This document shows positions 8,839 to 18,292 of a stretch of 64,000 nucleotides of DNA, in pieces. The position numbers and the translations under genes are program-made. Each line of letters starts with the position of its first letter. Position 1 is the first letter of the stretch. The notes beneath the pieces are model-generated. The model made no database searches. It was given only the letters and a program-made list of their open reading frames with translations, and was not told the DNA's origin. Source of the stretch: Desulfobacteraceae bacterium (GTDB lineage: Bacteria > Desulfobacterota > Desulfobacteria > Desulfobacterales > JAABRJ01). The stretch lies in assembly GCA_022340425.1 (NCBI GenBank), contig JAJDNY010000021.1:2972-66971 (forward strand). Direction: 5' to 3'.

Positions 8839-10911
8839 ATGAGCGAAACCGATATCAAGGGCAAAGACGAAGGTCTGGAACTGGCCCGGCGGATGGCGGA
8901 GGAGGAGGAGGGGATCGGGCGGCGGCCCCGGGGGCTGGAAAAATATGTGATCCCAACGATCGCCGTGGCCTGGAGCCTCTTCCAGCTCTCCATCGCCAGC
9001 TGGCTGATTCTCGACTCGACCTTCATTCGCGCGATCCACCTCGGGTTTGCCCTGCTGATCGTTTTTCTCAATTATCCCCTCTTTAAAAAAGAACGCTTCG
9101 GCTTCAAGTTTCTCTCCGCCACCGACCGTATCCCCATCTTCGACTATCTCATGGCCATCGTGGCCTGCCTGGCGGCGCTCTACATCGCCATCGATTACGC
9201 CGGGATGACGGCGCGCTACGGCGCCCCCATCACGCGCGATATCGTGATCGGCATGCTGCTGGTGGTGGTCCTGCTGGAGGCCTCGCGGCGCGTGATCGGC
9301 CCGGCGTTGCCGATAATCGCGATCTTTTTCATCCTCTACTCTTTTTTTGGCCCCTACATGCCGGATCTGATCGCCTTTAAAGGCGTTTCGATGAACCGCT
9401 TCGTCGGTCAGATGACCATGTCCACCGAGGGGATCTACGGGATTCCCCTGGATGTCTCGGCCACCATCGTCTTTCTGTTCGTGCTCTTCGGCGCAATGCT
9501 GGACAAGGCCGGCGCCGGTCATTATTTCATCCAACTGGCCCTCAGCATGCTGGGCGGGTTCAAGGGTGGGCCGGCCAAGGCCGCCGTGGTGGGCAGCGGG
9601 TTGACCGGGCTGGTCTCCGGCTCCAGCATCGCCAACATCGTGACCACCGGCACGTTCACCATCCCACTGATGAAAAAGGTGGGCTATCCCCCCACCAAAG
9701 CCGCCGCCATCGAGGTCGCCGCCAGCACCGACGGCCAATTGGCGCCGCCCATCATGGGGGCCGCGGCCTTCATCATCGCCGAATACGTCAACGTGCCCTA
9801 CGTGGAGGTGGTCAAGGCCGCTGCGGTCCCGGCCTTCGCCTCCTACGCCGCGCTTTTCTACATCACCCATATCGAGGCCTCCAAGCTGGGGCTGCAGGGC
9901 ATGGCCCGCAGCGAACTGCCGCCTTTTTTCAAGACCCTGCTCGGCGGCGCCCATTTCCTGGTGCCCCTGGTGATGCTGCTCTACGAGCTGATCGTCGTGC
10001 GCCACTCCCCCGAGTTGGCCGCCTTCAACGCCATCTGGGTGATGGCGCTGATCATGTTCTTCCAGAACCCGGTCAAGGCCTATTTCAAGAAGGAACCCCT
10101 GGGGCCGGCCTTCAGGCAGAGTGTCGTGCAGATTTTCGCGGCCCTGGCGGGTGGCGCGCGCAATATGGTATCGGTGGCCCTGGCAACCTCGGCGGCCGGA
10201 ATCATTGTGGGGGTGGTCGCCCTGGGGCTGGGGCAGCTGATCACCGCCATCATCGACACTCTTTCGGGGGGCAATATTTTTCTCATGCTGGTGATCACGG
10301 CCATCACCAGCCTGATCATCGGCATGGGGCTGCCCACCACCGCCACCTACATCGTGATGGCCTCCCTGACCGCCCCGGCGATCGTCGAAATCGGCGGTTT
10401 CAACAATTTCATCGTGCCGCTGATGGCCGCCCATCTGTTCTGCTTCTATTTCGGGATCCTGGCCGATGACACCCCGCCGGTTGGGCTGGCGGCATACGCG
10501 GCGGCCGCCATCGCCAAGTCGCCGCCGGTGCCCACCGGTCTGCAGGGCTTCATGTACGACATCCGCACGGCGATCCTGCCGTTCATGTTCATCTTCAACA
10601 CCGACCTGATACTCCACAACGTCACCAGCTGGGCCCAGGGGTTGTTGATTTTTGCCATGGCCTGCATCGGCAACTTCGCCTTCGCCTCGGCCACCCAGGG
10701 CTGGTTCGTGGCCCGCAACCGGATCTGGGAGGTGCCACTTTTTTTGTTGGTGACCTTCTCGCTGATGCGGCCGGACGCGGTGGCGCCGATTCTGGGGCTG
10801 GCCCATGAGCAGCGCTACTGGACCTACCTCATCGGGTTGGCCATCTTCGGGCTGCTCTACCTGATGCAGCGGCCCCGCATTCCCCTGGCGACGGCGACGG
10901 AAAGCGGTTGA
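8839..10911 (+). CDS. TRAP transporter fused permease (TAXI-type 4TM/12TM fusion)
   Basis: About 690 aa and highly hydrophobic with many TM segments. It sits directly downstream of the TAXI receptor. ATG at 8839 is preceded by AGAAGAGAGG; the ORF track starts at GTG 8830. Confidence 0.88.
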   Translation: MSETDIKGKDEGLELARRMAEEEEGIGRRPRGLEKYVIPTIAVAWSLFQLSIASWLILDSTFIRAIHLGFALLIVFLNYPLFKKERFGFKFLSATDRIPIFDYLMAIVACLAALYIAIDYAGMTARYGAPITRDIVIGMLLVVVLLEASRRVIGPALPIIAIFFILYSFFGPYMPDLIAFKGVSMNRFVGQMTMSTEGIYGIPLDVSATIVFLFVLFGAMLDKAGAGHYFIQLALSMLGGFKGGPAKAAVVGSGLTGLVSGSSIANIVTTGTFTIPLMKKVGYPPTKAAAIEVAASTDGQLAPPIMGAAAFIIAEYVNVPYVEVVKAAAVPAFASYAALFYITHIEASKLGLQGMARSELPPFFKTLLGGAHFLVPLVMLLYELIVVRHSPELAAFNAIWVMALIMFFQNPVKAYFKKEPLGPAFRQSVVQIFAALAGGARNMVSVALATSAAGIIVGVVALGLGQLITAIIDTLSGGNIFLMLVITAITSLIIGMGLPTTATYIVMASLTAPAIVEIGGFNNFIVPLMAAHLFCFYFGILADDTPPVGLAAYAAAAIAKSPPVPTGLQGFMYDIRTAILPFMFIFNTDLILHNVTSWAQGLLIFAMACIGNFAFASATQGWFVARNRIWEVPLFLLVTFSLMRPDAVAPILGLAHEQRYWTYLIGLAIFGLLYLMQRPRIPLATATESG

Positions 10912-10960
10912 ACCAGCGGCCGCCGGTGCGCCGGCGGGTCGACCCGGAAGGAGGAAAGCG

Positions 10961-11464
10961 ATGGGCGACATTCAAAAAATCATGGTGGCCATTGCGTTCA
11001 GCGACTACTCCCAAGGCATCTTCGACTTCGGGGCGCGGCTGGCCCGCAACCTGGACGCCGAAATCCTCGTGGTGAGCGTCATCAACCAACGGGACGTGGC
11101 CGCCGTTCGCAAGGTGGCGGCCCTGGGGTACGCGGTCGACGGCGAACATTATGTCCAGGGGGTGCGTGAGGACCGCCTGAAAATGCTCACGGACTTTGCG
11201 GCCAAGACCGGATTTCCCGAGGAGCGCATCACGGTGCGGATCCTGCTGGGTGACCCCCTGGAGGAGCTGTTGAAAACGGCCCTGCGGGAAAATGTCGATC
11301 TGATCGTGATGGGGGTCAAGGGGCGCTCTGAGCTGGAACATGTTCTGGTGGGATCGGTGGCCGAGAAGATGTTTCGCCGCAGCCCGATCACCATCGTGTC
11401 CTATCGCGGCGAGAAGGAGGCCCACCACCTGCGCAAGCGGGTGGCGCATCTGCTATCGGATTAA
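10961..11464 (+). CDS. Universal stress protein (UspA family)
   Basis: KIMVAIAFSD...DLIVMGVKGRSELEHVLVGSVAEKMFRRSPITIV is the typical Usp ATP-binding C-terminal motif G-x2-G-x9-G(S/T). Confidence 0.85.
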   Translation: MGDIQKIMVAIAFSDYSQGIFDFGARLARNLDAEILVVSVINQRDVAAVRKVAALGYAVDGEHYVQGVREDRLKMLTDFAAKTGFPEERITVRILLGDPLEELLKTALRENVDLIVMGVKGRSELEHVLVGSVAEKMFRRSPITIVSYRGEKEAHHLRKRVAHLLSD

Positions 11465-11601
11465 CGGCCGGGCGAGCGTTTCCTTTTTTCCCCGACCAAC
11501 CGCGGCGGGTCCTCGAAGGGGCCCGCCGCTTGACTTTCGCACTCGGGGGCCTACCCTATTTTCAACGCTTTTTTGACACCGAAGAATAGAGGAGGTATCC
11601 A

Positions 11602-11856
11602 ATGAATTCGCATCCAACCGACCCACAACGGCTTAAAATCATAATGGATCTGGAACGCCTCAACCGCTCCAACGCCGAGGGCTGCCCGGCCTGCGGCCGC
11701 AAGTTCTCCCTGGGGGATACCGTCGTACCGGCCTGCGGGGCGTGGGAGGGGGGCCCCAAGCTGATTCACGAACACGAGGCGGTCTTTGACCACAGCCGGG
11801 GGGGCTACGTCGAAAGGCGCTGCCACGCGGCAAACCGCGGCCCCATCGGAGCTTGA
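11602..11856 (+). CDS. Small hypothetical protein with Cys-rich (zinc-ribbon-like) motif
   Basis: Strong RBS (GAGGAGG) 7 nt upstream. CPAC...PAC...C-H pattern. No family recognised. Confidence 0.55.
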   Translation: MNSHPTDPQRLKIIMDLERLNRSNAEGCPACGRKFSLGDTVVPACGAWEGGPKLIHEHEAVFDHSRGGYVERRCHAANRGPIGA

Positions 11857-11930
11857 CCCGGCCGGCGTTTTAGCTGGATACCTGTCCGCTGAGTCCGTGA
11901 GTAGCTTATCCTTGGGAAAAGGACCCTCGA

Positions 11931-13880
11931 TTGGGACCTCAAAACGCCTTGCGGCATGACCGAGCGGGTGGTTTAAAAGGAAACTCTGTGGCTGCCAATG
12001 ACCAACCCGATGCTGCCCAAGAGCAAAATTTCGGGTTCCAACCCCGAAGCCTACGCCAGCGGCTGGTGCTTTTTGTGCTGCTGCCGGTGGCGGTGCTGCT
12101 GTTTTTGATGGGTCTCGTCGGGTTTGTGTTCGCCCGCAACAGCCTGCTGACCCAGTGGCAGGAAGCGGCCGTGCTCAAACTCCAGCGGGCCGCTCACCGG
12201 GTTGACATGCGGCTGGTGGCGCCCAAGGAATGGCTGGGGATTTTCGCCAGCACACTCGGCCTCCCCAGTGCATCCACGGTGCAGCAGATGATCATCGAGC
12301 GGCTGCAGACCATGGAGGGGGTCGCCTATGTCAATCTGGTGTGGGAGGATCCCGCCCCGGAGGCCTCCCCCAGGGACCGCCGCCACGATGCCGCCCGGGG
12401 CCCCAGCGCGGGGGCTTTCCCCCCGGGAGGTCGTTCGCACCCCATGCACCGCGGGGGATCCAAGGCCGAGATCATGTCGCCGCGTTACGACGAACTTGTG
12501 GCGGGGGAAACCGTGACCCTGGTCGCCCCCTTGAGCGACCCGGACGGCAAGCGCCTCGGGCGCCTGGAGGTGGCCCTGCGCTTTGACTACATCATCCAGG
12601 ACGTGTTGGGGTCGGGTTCGTGGCAGCAGGGTCTCAAGGCGTTTCTGGTGGACGATGCCGGACGGGTGCTGACCTGCACGGTTCCCGGCGGCTCCCTGAA
12701 TCTCTGCGCCGCCGATGATGTCCTGACCCGCGAGACGCTGGCGGCCATGCAGACCCGGGATTCCGGGACCGTGCTGGGCAGGGGCCTTCCCCCGGCGGAG
12801 GTGAGCGGTTTTCACCGTCTCCAGGAGGCCCCCTGGACCCTGATCGTGATCGCCCCCGGGGACATGGTGCTGGCCCCGATCCTGCGCTTCCGGCGCTATT
12901 ACGCCGTGACGGGGGTGGCTTTCATCGGGTTTGTGCTGGTTTTGATCCGCCTGATGACCCAGCGCACGGTGGCCGCCATCAAGGATGTCTCACGGGCCGC
13001 CGAGGCGGTGGCGCGCGGCGACCTGGGCGCGCCCCTGCCGGTGCGCAGCCGCGACGAGGTGGGCGAACTCACCCGCAGCTTCAACACCATGCTTTCTCAG
13101 CTGGAGGAGCGTATCCGCATCAAGCAAGCGTTAGGGCTCGCCCAACAGGTCCAGCAGAATCTACTGCCGGACCGCACCCTGACCTTTGGGAACCTCGCGG
13201 TTGCCGGCGCCAGCCTTTACTGTGAAGAGACCGGCGGGGATTACTTTGATTTTCTGCAGTTTCCGGCCCTGGGCGACGGGCGGCTGGGGATCGCGGTGGG
13301 TGATGTGGTGGGCCACGGCGTGGCCTCGGCGCTGTTGATGGCCACCGTGCGCGCCCTCTTGCGCAGCCGGGCCTCCCAGGGGGGCGCAGCGGGGCGGATT
13401 GTAACGGATGTCAACCGCCTGTTGTGCTTGGACACGGCCGCGGCGGGCAATTTCATGACCCTTTTCTTCGCTCTGCTGGACCCTGCCGCCGGGGAGATCC
13501 GCTGGGCGCGGGCGGGCCACGAACCGGCCCTGCTCTACGACGGCGGCGAAGACAGCTTTTTGGAGCTGCGCGGCACCGGAATGGCCCTGGGCGTGGATGA
13601 GACCCAGGAATACGCGTCCTCCAGCTACGTCGGCTGGAGCGCAAGGCAACTGCTGCTTTTCGGCACCGACGGGATTTGGGAGACCGAGAACATGGGCGGG
13701 GAGCGCTTCGGTAAGAAGCGCCTGCGGCAGCTGTTGCGTGAGAACTGGCAGCGCTCGCCGACGGACATTCTGCGGGCCGTCACCGACGCCGTGGCGGCCT
13801 TTCGGCGCGATGCGGTTCAGCACGACGACATCACCCTGGTGGTGGTCAAGTTCCGTCCGGCCGCAGCGGCCGGTGACTGA
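11931..13880 (+). CDS. Membrane sensor HAMP domain / PP2C-type SpoIIE (RsbU-like) protein phosphatase
   Basis: Two TM segments flank a ~270-aa extracytoplasmic region. HAMP (DVSRAAEAVARGDLG...RDEVGELTRSFNTM), then PP2C motifs GGDYFD, VGDVVGHGV and FGTDGIWE. TTG start at 11931; the true start is uncertain. Confidence 0.85.
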   Translation: MGPQNALRHDRAGGLKGNSVAANDQPDAAQEQNFGFQPRSLRQRLVLFVLLPVAVLLFLMGLVGFVFARNSLLTQWQEAAVLKLQRAAHRVDMRLVAPKEWLGIFASTLGLPSASTVQQMIIERLQTMEGVAYVNLVWEDPAPEASPRDRRHDAARGPSAGAFPPGGRSHPMHRGGSKAEIMSPRYDELVAGETVTLVAPLSDPDGKRLGRLEVALRFDYIIQDVLGSGSWQQGLKAFLVDDAGRVLTCTVPGGSLNLCAADDVLTRETLAAMQTRDSGTVLGRGLPPAEVSGFHRLQEAPWTLIVIAPGDMVLAPILRFRRYYAVTGVAFIGFVLVLIRLMTQRTVAAIKDVSRAAEAVARGDLGAPLPVRSRDEVGELTRSFNTMLSQLEERIRIKQALGLAQQVQQNLLPDRTLTFGNLAVAGASLYCEETGGDYFDFLQFPALGDGRLGIAVGDVVGHGVASALLMATVRALLRSRASQGGAAGRIVTDVNRLLCLDTAAAGNFMTLFFALLDPAAGEIRWARAGHEPALLYDGGEDSFLELRGTGMALGVDETQEYASSSYVGWSARQLLLFGTDGIWETENMGGERFGKKRLRQLLRENWQRSPTDILRAVTDAVAAFRRDAVQHDDITLVVVKFRPAAAAGD

Positions 13881-13895
13881 GGCCGCCGCCGGCCG

Positions 13896-15080
13896 CTACA
13901 TGGCGTCCACGTCGGTTTCGGCGATCATTCGGTCCAACTCCTTTTTGAGGTTCGGCGGCAAGCCCACGATTTCAAGTGAAAGAAAGCCCTTGATGATCAG
14001 GGAGGTGGCGTCCTGCTCGCTGAGCCCGCGGGCCATGAGATACTCGATCTCATCGCGGGCGATCTTGCCCACCGCCGCCTCGTGGGACATCTCCACATCG
14101 GGGGTGCGGCCCTCCAGCTCGGGAATGGCGTGAATCGCGCCCTGCTCCGAGAGCAGCAGCCCCTTGCACTCCAGGTGGGCCTTGGCGCCCGGCTGGGCGC
14201 CCACCAGGTGACCGCGGGCGATGATTTTACCTCCGGTGGAGACCGCGCGCGAGACGATCTCGGCCCGGCAGTTGGGGGCTTCCATCAGCACCCGACTGCC
14301 CACGTCCATCAGCGACCCCGGCCGCGCCATGAGAACCGAGTTGAGGCTGGCGGCGGCGTTTGGCCCCCGGAGGGTCACACTCGGGTACATCTGGATATCG
14401 CGCGCCGGCACCAGGCAGATGTAGTTGGAGATGAAGGTGCCGCCCGCCTCGACGATCACGGCGGTCCGGGGGCGCACGGCCATCTGTTCGGGCCAGTGGT
14501 GGATCATGGTGAAGGAGAGTGTGGCGCCCTTTTGGACGTAGAACTCTGACACCCCCACATGCAGGCCCGAGCGCACCCCGTGGGAGGTCGCGCAGCCGGT
14601 GATGATGTTGAGCTCGGCGTTTTCCTCGGCAATCACGATGTTGTGGACATCCTGGGCGAGCTTGTCCTCGGTGAGGTAGAGACAGGCCTGCAGCGGGTAG
14701 TGGGCCTTGGCGCCGGCCCGGGCGCGGATGAAATACCCCTGCCCGTGGCGGGTCTCGGCCCTGCGGGTGTAGCGGTCCTTGTCCATCGCCACCGCCTGCC
14801 ACCAGTATTCCTTGAGCCCGTCGTATTTATCCCGTGCATCGCCCACGGCCAGCATCTCGACCCCCTCATGGAGGCTGCGGCAGTGGACCACCGAGTGGTC
14901 CATCTGGAAAAAACTGCCCGAGCGTTCCTTCTCGCCGGGGTCCACCCCGGCCAGCAGGAGTTGCTTCCGGTCGTCGGCTGGCAGACCCGCGAGGTCGGCC
15001 AGCGGCGGGTGGGCCGGAACGTCCTCGCGGTAAAGGCTCAGGTCCAGGTCGGCGGGGCCGTCACCGGTTTGGGTGCTCAT
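13896..15080 (-). CDS. Fe-S cluster assembly scaffold, SufB/SufD family
   Basis: SufBD-type beta-helix sequence (NIITGCATSH...HLECKGLLLS...P.LE...DV.MSHEAAVGKI). The start ATG overlaps the sufC stop as ATGA at 15077-15080. Confidence 0.85.
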   Translation of the reverse strand: MSTQTGDGPADLDLSLYREDVPAHPPLADLAGLPADDRKQLLLAGVDPGEKERSGSFFQMDHSVVHCRSLHEGVEMLAVGDARDKYDGLKEYWWQAVAMDKDRYTRRAETRHGQGYFIRARAGAKAHYPLQACLYLTEDKLAQDVHNIVIAEENAELNIITGCATSHGVRSGLHVGVSEFYVQKGATLSFTMIHHWPEQMAVRPRTAVIVEAGGTFISNYICLVPARDIQMYPSVTLRGPNAAASLNSVLMARPGSLMDVGSRVLMEAPNCRAEIVSRAVSTGGKIIARGHLVGAQPGAKAHLECKGLLLSEQGAIHAIPELEGRTPDVEMSHEAAVGKIARDEIEYLMARGLSEQDATSLIIKGFLSLEIVGLPPNLKKELDRMIAETDVDAM

Positions 15081-15862
15081 GTCTTTTCTCCTTGGCGGAA
15101 GCAGCGGTAGCATTCCTTGAAGCCGCAGTCCCGTATAGTGTGCAGCATTTCCCGCGGATTGGCCTGACAGGCGATCCGGCCCTCCATCAGGACATGGCCG
15201 ACATCCACGTTGACGTACTCCAGGATATGACCGGTGTGGGTGATGATCAGGCCCGACTTGCGGGACTGGGCGTAAATCTGTTTCAGGGTGCGGATGCCGT
15301 TGGGGGTGTGTTTGCGGCCGAGTACATGGTTGGTGTACTCGCCGATGAGGTGAATGTTCTCCAGGTCCACACCGGACTCGGGCTCGTCCAAGAGAACCAG
15401 GTCGGGGTCCTGCAGCAGCAGTTGGAGCAGTTCGGCGCGCTTGATCTCCCCGCCGGAAAAGCCAACGTTGATTTCGCGGTCGAGAAAGTCCAGCAGGTTG
15501 AGTCCCCTGGCCAACTCCTCCAGCAGTGCGCCGTTGCGCCGGGCACTGGCGGTGATCAGCTCCCTGAGTTTCACGCCGCGAATGGTCGGCGGGCGCTGGA
15601 AGGAGATCCCCAGGCCCAGCCGGGCGCGTTCGTCGGTGGGCAAGGCAATGATGTTTTGCCCTTTGAACCAGATCTCCCCGCTCACGGTATAGCCTGAAAA
15701 TCCCATCAGAGCGTTGAGCAGGGTGGTTTTACCGGAGCCATTGGGGCCGAAGATCGCGTGGATCTCGCCTGTGTTGATGCTGAAGTTGACGTCTTTGAGG
15801 ATCTCTTTGGCGCCCACCCGCACCCTGAGGTCCCTGACGTCCAGCAGGGGTGTTGCCGTCAT
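15077..15862 (-). CDS. sufC: Fe-S cluster assembly ATPase SufC
   Basis: ABC ATPase with Walker A GPNGSGKTTL, signature FSGGE, Walker B LVLLDEPESGVD, and the SufC-typical ITH motif (LIITHTGHIL). Confidence 0.88.
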   Translation of the reverse strand: MTATPLLDVRDLRVRVGAKEILKDVNFSINTGEIHAIFGPNGSGKTTLLNALMGFSGYTVSGEIWFKGQNIIALPTDERARLGLGISFQRPPTIRGVKLRELITASARRNGALLEELARGLNLLDFLDREINVGFSGGEIKRAELLQLLLQDPDLVLLDEPESGVDLENIHLIGEYTNHVLGRKHTPNGIRTLKQIYAQSRKSGLIITHTGHILEYVNVDVGHVLMEGRIACQANPREMLHTIRDCGFKECYRCFRQGEKT

Positions 15863-15916
15863 TTTTCGAATTCCTGTCTGGGGGGCTCCCCGTCATGCGG
15901 ACCCATGGCGGTGCGC

Positions 15917-16441
15917 CTATTTTTCATCGGTCGAGGCTTTGACCTCCGCCACGATGTTCTTGAGGTCGCGGCGGCTGCGATAGGGCTGGCTCAGGGCCTG
16001 GATGATTTTTTTCATCTGCCTGCGCCGGCGCTCGGCGGCCGCGGTGAGCTTTTCCTCCAGCACCTCCAGCGGGCAGGGTTTCATCAGGTAGTCAAAGGCC
16101 CCGCGCTTCATGCCCTCGATGGCCTCGGCGACCGTGGCGTGACCGGTCAACATGATGACCTCCACCAGCGGATGCCGATCCCGGATCAAATTGAAGGTTT
16201 CGATGCCGTCAAGCCCCGGCATGCGGACGTCCAGCAGAACCACCTCCACATTGCCGCCCTCTTCCAAGCCCGCCATGACCCGATTGTTGTAATCGATGCC
16301 GGCCCGCTCGTCCAGCCACTCGATGGCGGCCTCGCCGCTGTGCACGGTGCTGACGGTGAAGTCCCGTCTACGCAGCCGGTTGGCCAGGGTGGTCACAAAA
16401 GGCACTTCGTCATCCACCAGGAGCACATTTGCTTTAACCAT
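15917..16441 (-). CDS. Response regulator, receiver domain with short helical C-terminal tail
   Basis: Canonical REC residues: LLVDDE, VVLLDVRMPGLDG, MLTGH, DYLMKP. Internal Met (MVKANV) chosen as start; the ORF track extends to 16525. Confidence 0.85.
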   Translation of the reverse strand: MVKANVLLVDDEVPFVTTLANRLRRRDFTVSTVHSGEAAIEWLDERAGIDYNNRVMAGLEEGGNVEVVLLDVRMPGLDGIETFNLIRDRHPLVEVIMLTGHATVAEAIEGMKRGAFDYLMKPCPLEVLEEKLTAAAERRRRQMKKIIQALSQPYRSRRDLKNIVAEVKASTDEK

Positions 16442-16701
16442 TGCCTTGCCTCCCTTGCTTTTACGTCTCATTTTAGTCCTCCCCGGCGCGCATGTCCATA
16501 GAAGATTGCGGCGCGGGCCCAGCAACCCGCGTTGACCCGGCTCGCGCCGCGAACGCCCGGGCGTTTGCGGCCTTGACCCCCCGCGCTCTTTTCACTATAG
16601 TACTCGCTTTGCGGGGCGCTGCGGCCCGCACACGGCCCTCGGGGCCGGCGCCGTTGGTGGCCGCCGGCTGCAGGCGCTACCATTAAGGGAGTGATCTCGC
16701 G

Positions 16702-18279
16702 ATGCATGTGACCTTCTATGGCGCCGTGCGTGAAGTTACCGGCTCCATGCACCTCATCAGCTCGGAAACCGATCGGGTCCTGTTGGACTGCGGGCTTTTC
16801 CAGGGACGGCGCCGGGAAAGCGACCGCAAAAACCGCATTTTGCCGTTTGACCCGCGGATTCTGACCAATGTCGTTCTCTCCCACGCCCACATCGACCACT
16901 CCGGACGCCTGCCGCTGCTGGTCCGGCAGGATTTCGCCGGCCGCATCATCTGCACCCGGGCCACCGCCGGCGCCTGCAGCTATCTCCTGCCCGACAGCGC
17001 CCGTATCCAGGAGTCCGACGCCGAGTACCTCAACTACAAGACCGTGCGGGGGCACCTTTACGACCTGAAGACCTCGCCCCGCACCCATAAGGTCAGCAAA
17101 CGCGAGGTGCGCCGGATCAAAGAGCTGCTCAAGACCGACCACAACCGCCTCAACACCGGGGTCATCGACGAATTGATCGCCAAGTACCATCTGGAGGCGG
17201 TGCGGCCGCTTTACACCGTCGCGGACGCCGAGGCCGCGCTATCGTATTTCGACGGCTATCCTTACCGCGAGCCGGTGGCTGTGGGCCGTGAGATGCACTG
17301 CACCTTCTACGACGCCGGCCACATTCTCGGCTCGGCTGTGAGCATCATTCGCCTGCGCGAGGACCATCGCTGCTGCACCGTGGGCTTCAGCGGCGACCTG
17401 GGGCGGTTTGGCATGCCGATCCTGCGGGACCCGACCTTGGCCTTCGCGCCCGAGGACGCCGCCCTTGATCTGCTGATTATGGAGAGCACCTACGGCCAGC
17501 GGCGGCACAGCGCCGTGGCGGACCTTAAAAGCGCCCTCCAGACCGCTTTGCAGGACGCCATCGCCCGCGGCGGCGTTGTTTTGATTCCCTCATTTGCCTA
17601 CGGGCGCGCCCAGGTGCTGCTCTACATGCTGCACCTGCTCTACGACGAGGGGGCCCTGCCGCGCCTGCCGATCTACCTGGACAGCCCTCTGGGGACCAAG
17701 ATGACCCAGGTCTACGCCGAACACCCCGAAGTCTACGACCGCGAGGCCAACGAGGTCTTCCTGGCCAACGGCAAGAACCCGTTCACCTTTCACCACGTCA
17801 ACTTCGTCGCCTCGGTGGAGGAGTCCATGGCCCTGATGCGCGACCCCCGCCCGGCGATTGTGATCGCGGCCTCGGGGATGTGCGAGGCGGGCCGCATTCT
17901 GCACCACCTGCGCTACAAGATCCACGACCCGCGCAACACCATCCTGATCGTGGGCTACATGGCCGAGAACACTCTCGGCCGGCGCATCCTGGAATTCGGG
18001 CAGGCTTACGAGGCCGCCGGCCGCTCAGGCCCGGCGCCGGTGGTCAAATTTCTCAACAAGGAATACCCCCTGCGGGCGCGTGTGGTGAAGCTCGACGGCT
18101 TCAGCGCCCACGGTGACCGGGATGAGATGCTGCGTTTTTTGCGCGCCTCGAACCTCAAAATCCGACGAATCGCCCTGGTCCACGGGGAGGAGGCACAGTC
18201 CCTGGCTTTTGCCGATTTCCTGCGCGGCGAGGGGTTCGACGCCTTCGTCCCCCGGGTCGGGGAATCGGTGCGCCTGTAG
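16702..18279 (+). CDS. MBL-fold metallo-hydrolase, beta-CASP RNA-metabolising family
   Basis: HAHIDHSG motif near the N-terminus, ESTYG, and a C-terminal SAHGD motif typical of beta-CASP nucleases. Confidence 0.85.
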   Translation: MHVTFYGAVREVTGSMHLISSETDRVLLDCGLFQGRRRESDRKNRILPFDPRILTNVVLSHAHIDHSGRLPLLVRQDFAGRIICTRATAGACSYLLPDSARIQESDAEYLNYKTVRGHLYDLKTSPRTHKVSKREVRRIKELLKTDHNRLNTGVIDELIAKYHLEAVRPLYTVADAEAALSYFDGYPYREPVAVGREMHCTFYDAGHILGSAVSIIRLREDHRCCTVGFSGDLGRFGMPILRDPTLAFAPEDAALDLLIMESTYGQRRHSAVADLKSALQTALQDAIARGGVVLIPSFAYGRAQVLLYMLHLLYDEGALPRLPIYLDSPLGTKMTQVYAEHPEVYDREANEVFLANGKNPFTFHHVNFVASVEESMALMRDPRPAIVIAASGMCEAGRILHHLRYKIHDPRNTILIVGYMAENTLGRRILEFGQAYEAAGRSGPAPVVKFLNKEYPLRARVVKLDGFSAHGDRDEMLRFLRASNLKIRRIALVHGEEAQSLAFADFLRGEGFDAFVPRVGESVRL

Positions 18280-18292
18280 CCGCGGGGGCCTT

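Noticed and set aside
7453-10971. 1172-aa minus-strand ORF spanning the TAXI-TRAP genes.
   Set aside because: It is antisense to two well-supported genes. Its translation is low-complexity (Gly/Arg/His/Asp/Pro runs) with no recognisable motif. This is the typical stop-codon-poor antisense frame of high-GC DNA.
11874-11889. TGGATA-cctgt-CCGCT upstream of the SpoIIE phosphatase gene, with correct GG-N10-GC spacing.
   Set aside because: The flanking bases deviate from TGGCAC/TTGC at several conserved positions. Such matches are expected by chance in GC-rich DNA.
18113-18292. N-terminal extensions suggested by the ORF track for several genes: 18113 for ABC-F, 25038 for htpX, 37543 for flgB, 45153 for fliK, 31234 for PilZ, 16525 for the RR and 331 for csp.
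   Set aside because: The extensions overlap upstream genes or promoters, are Arg/Pro-rich, and internal starts with Shine-Dalgarno sequences give canonical protein N-termini.
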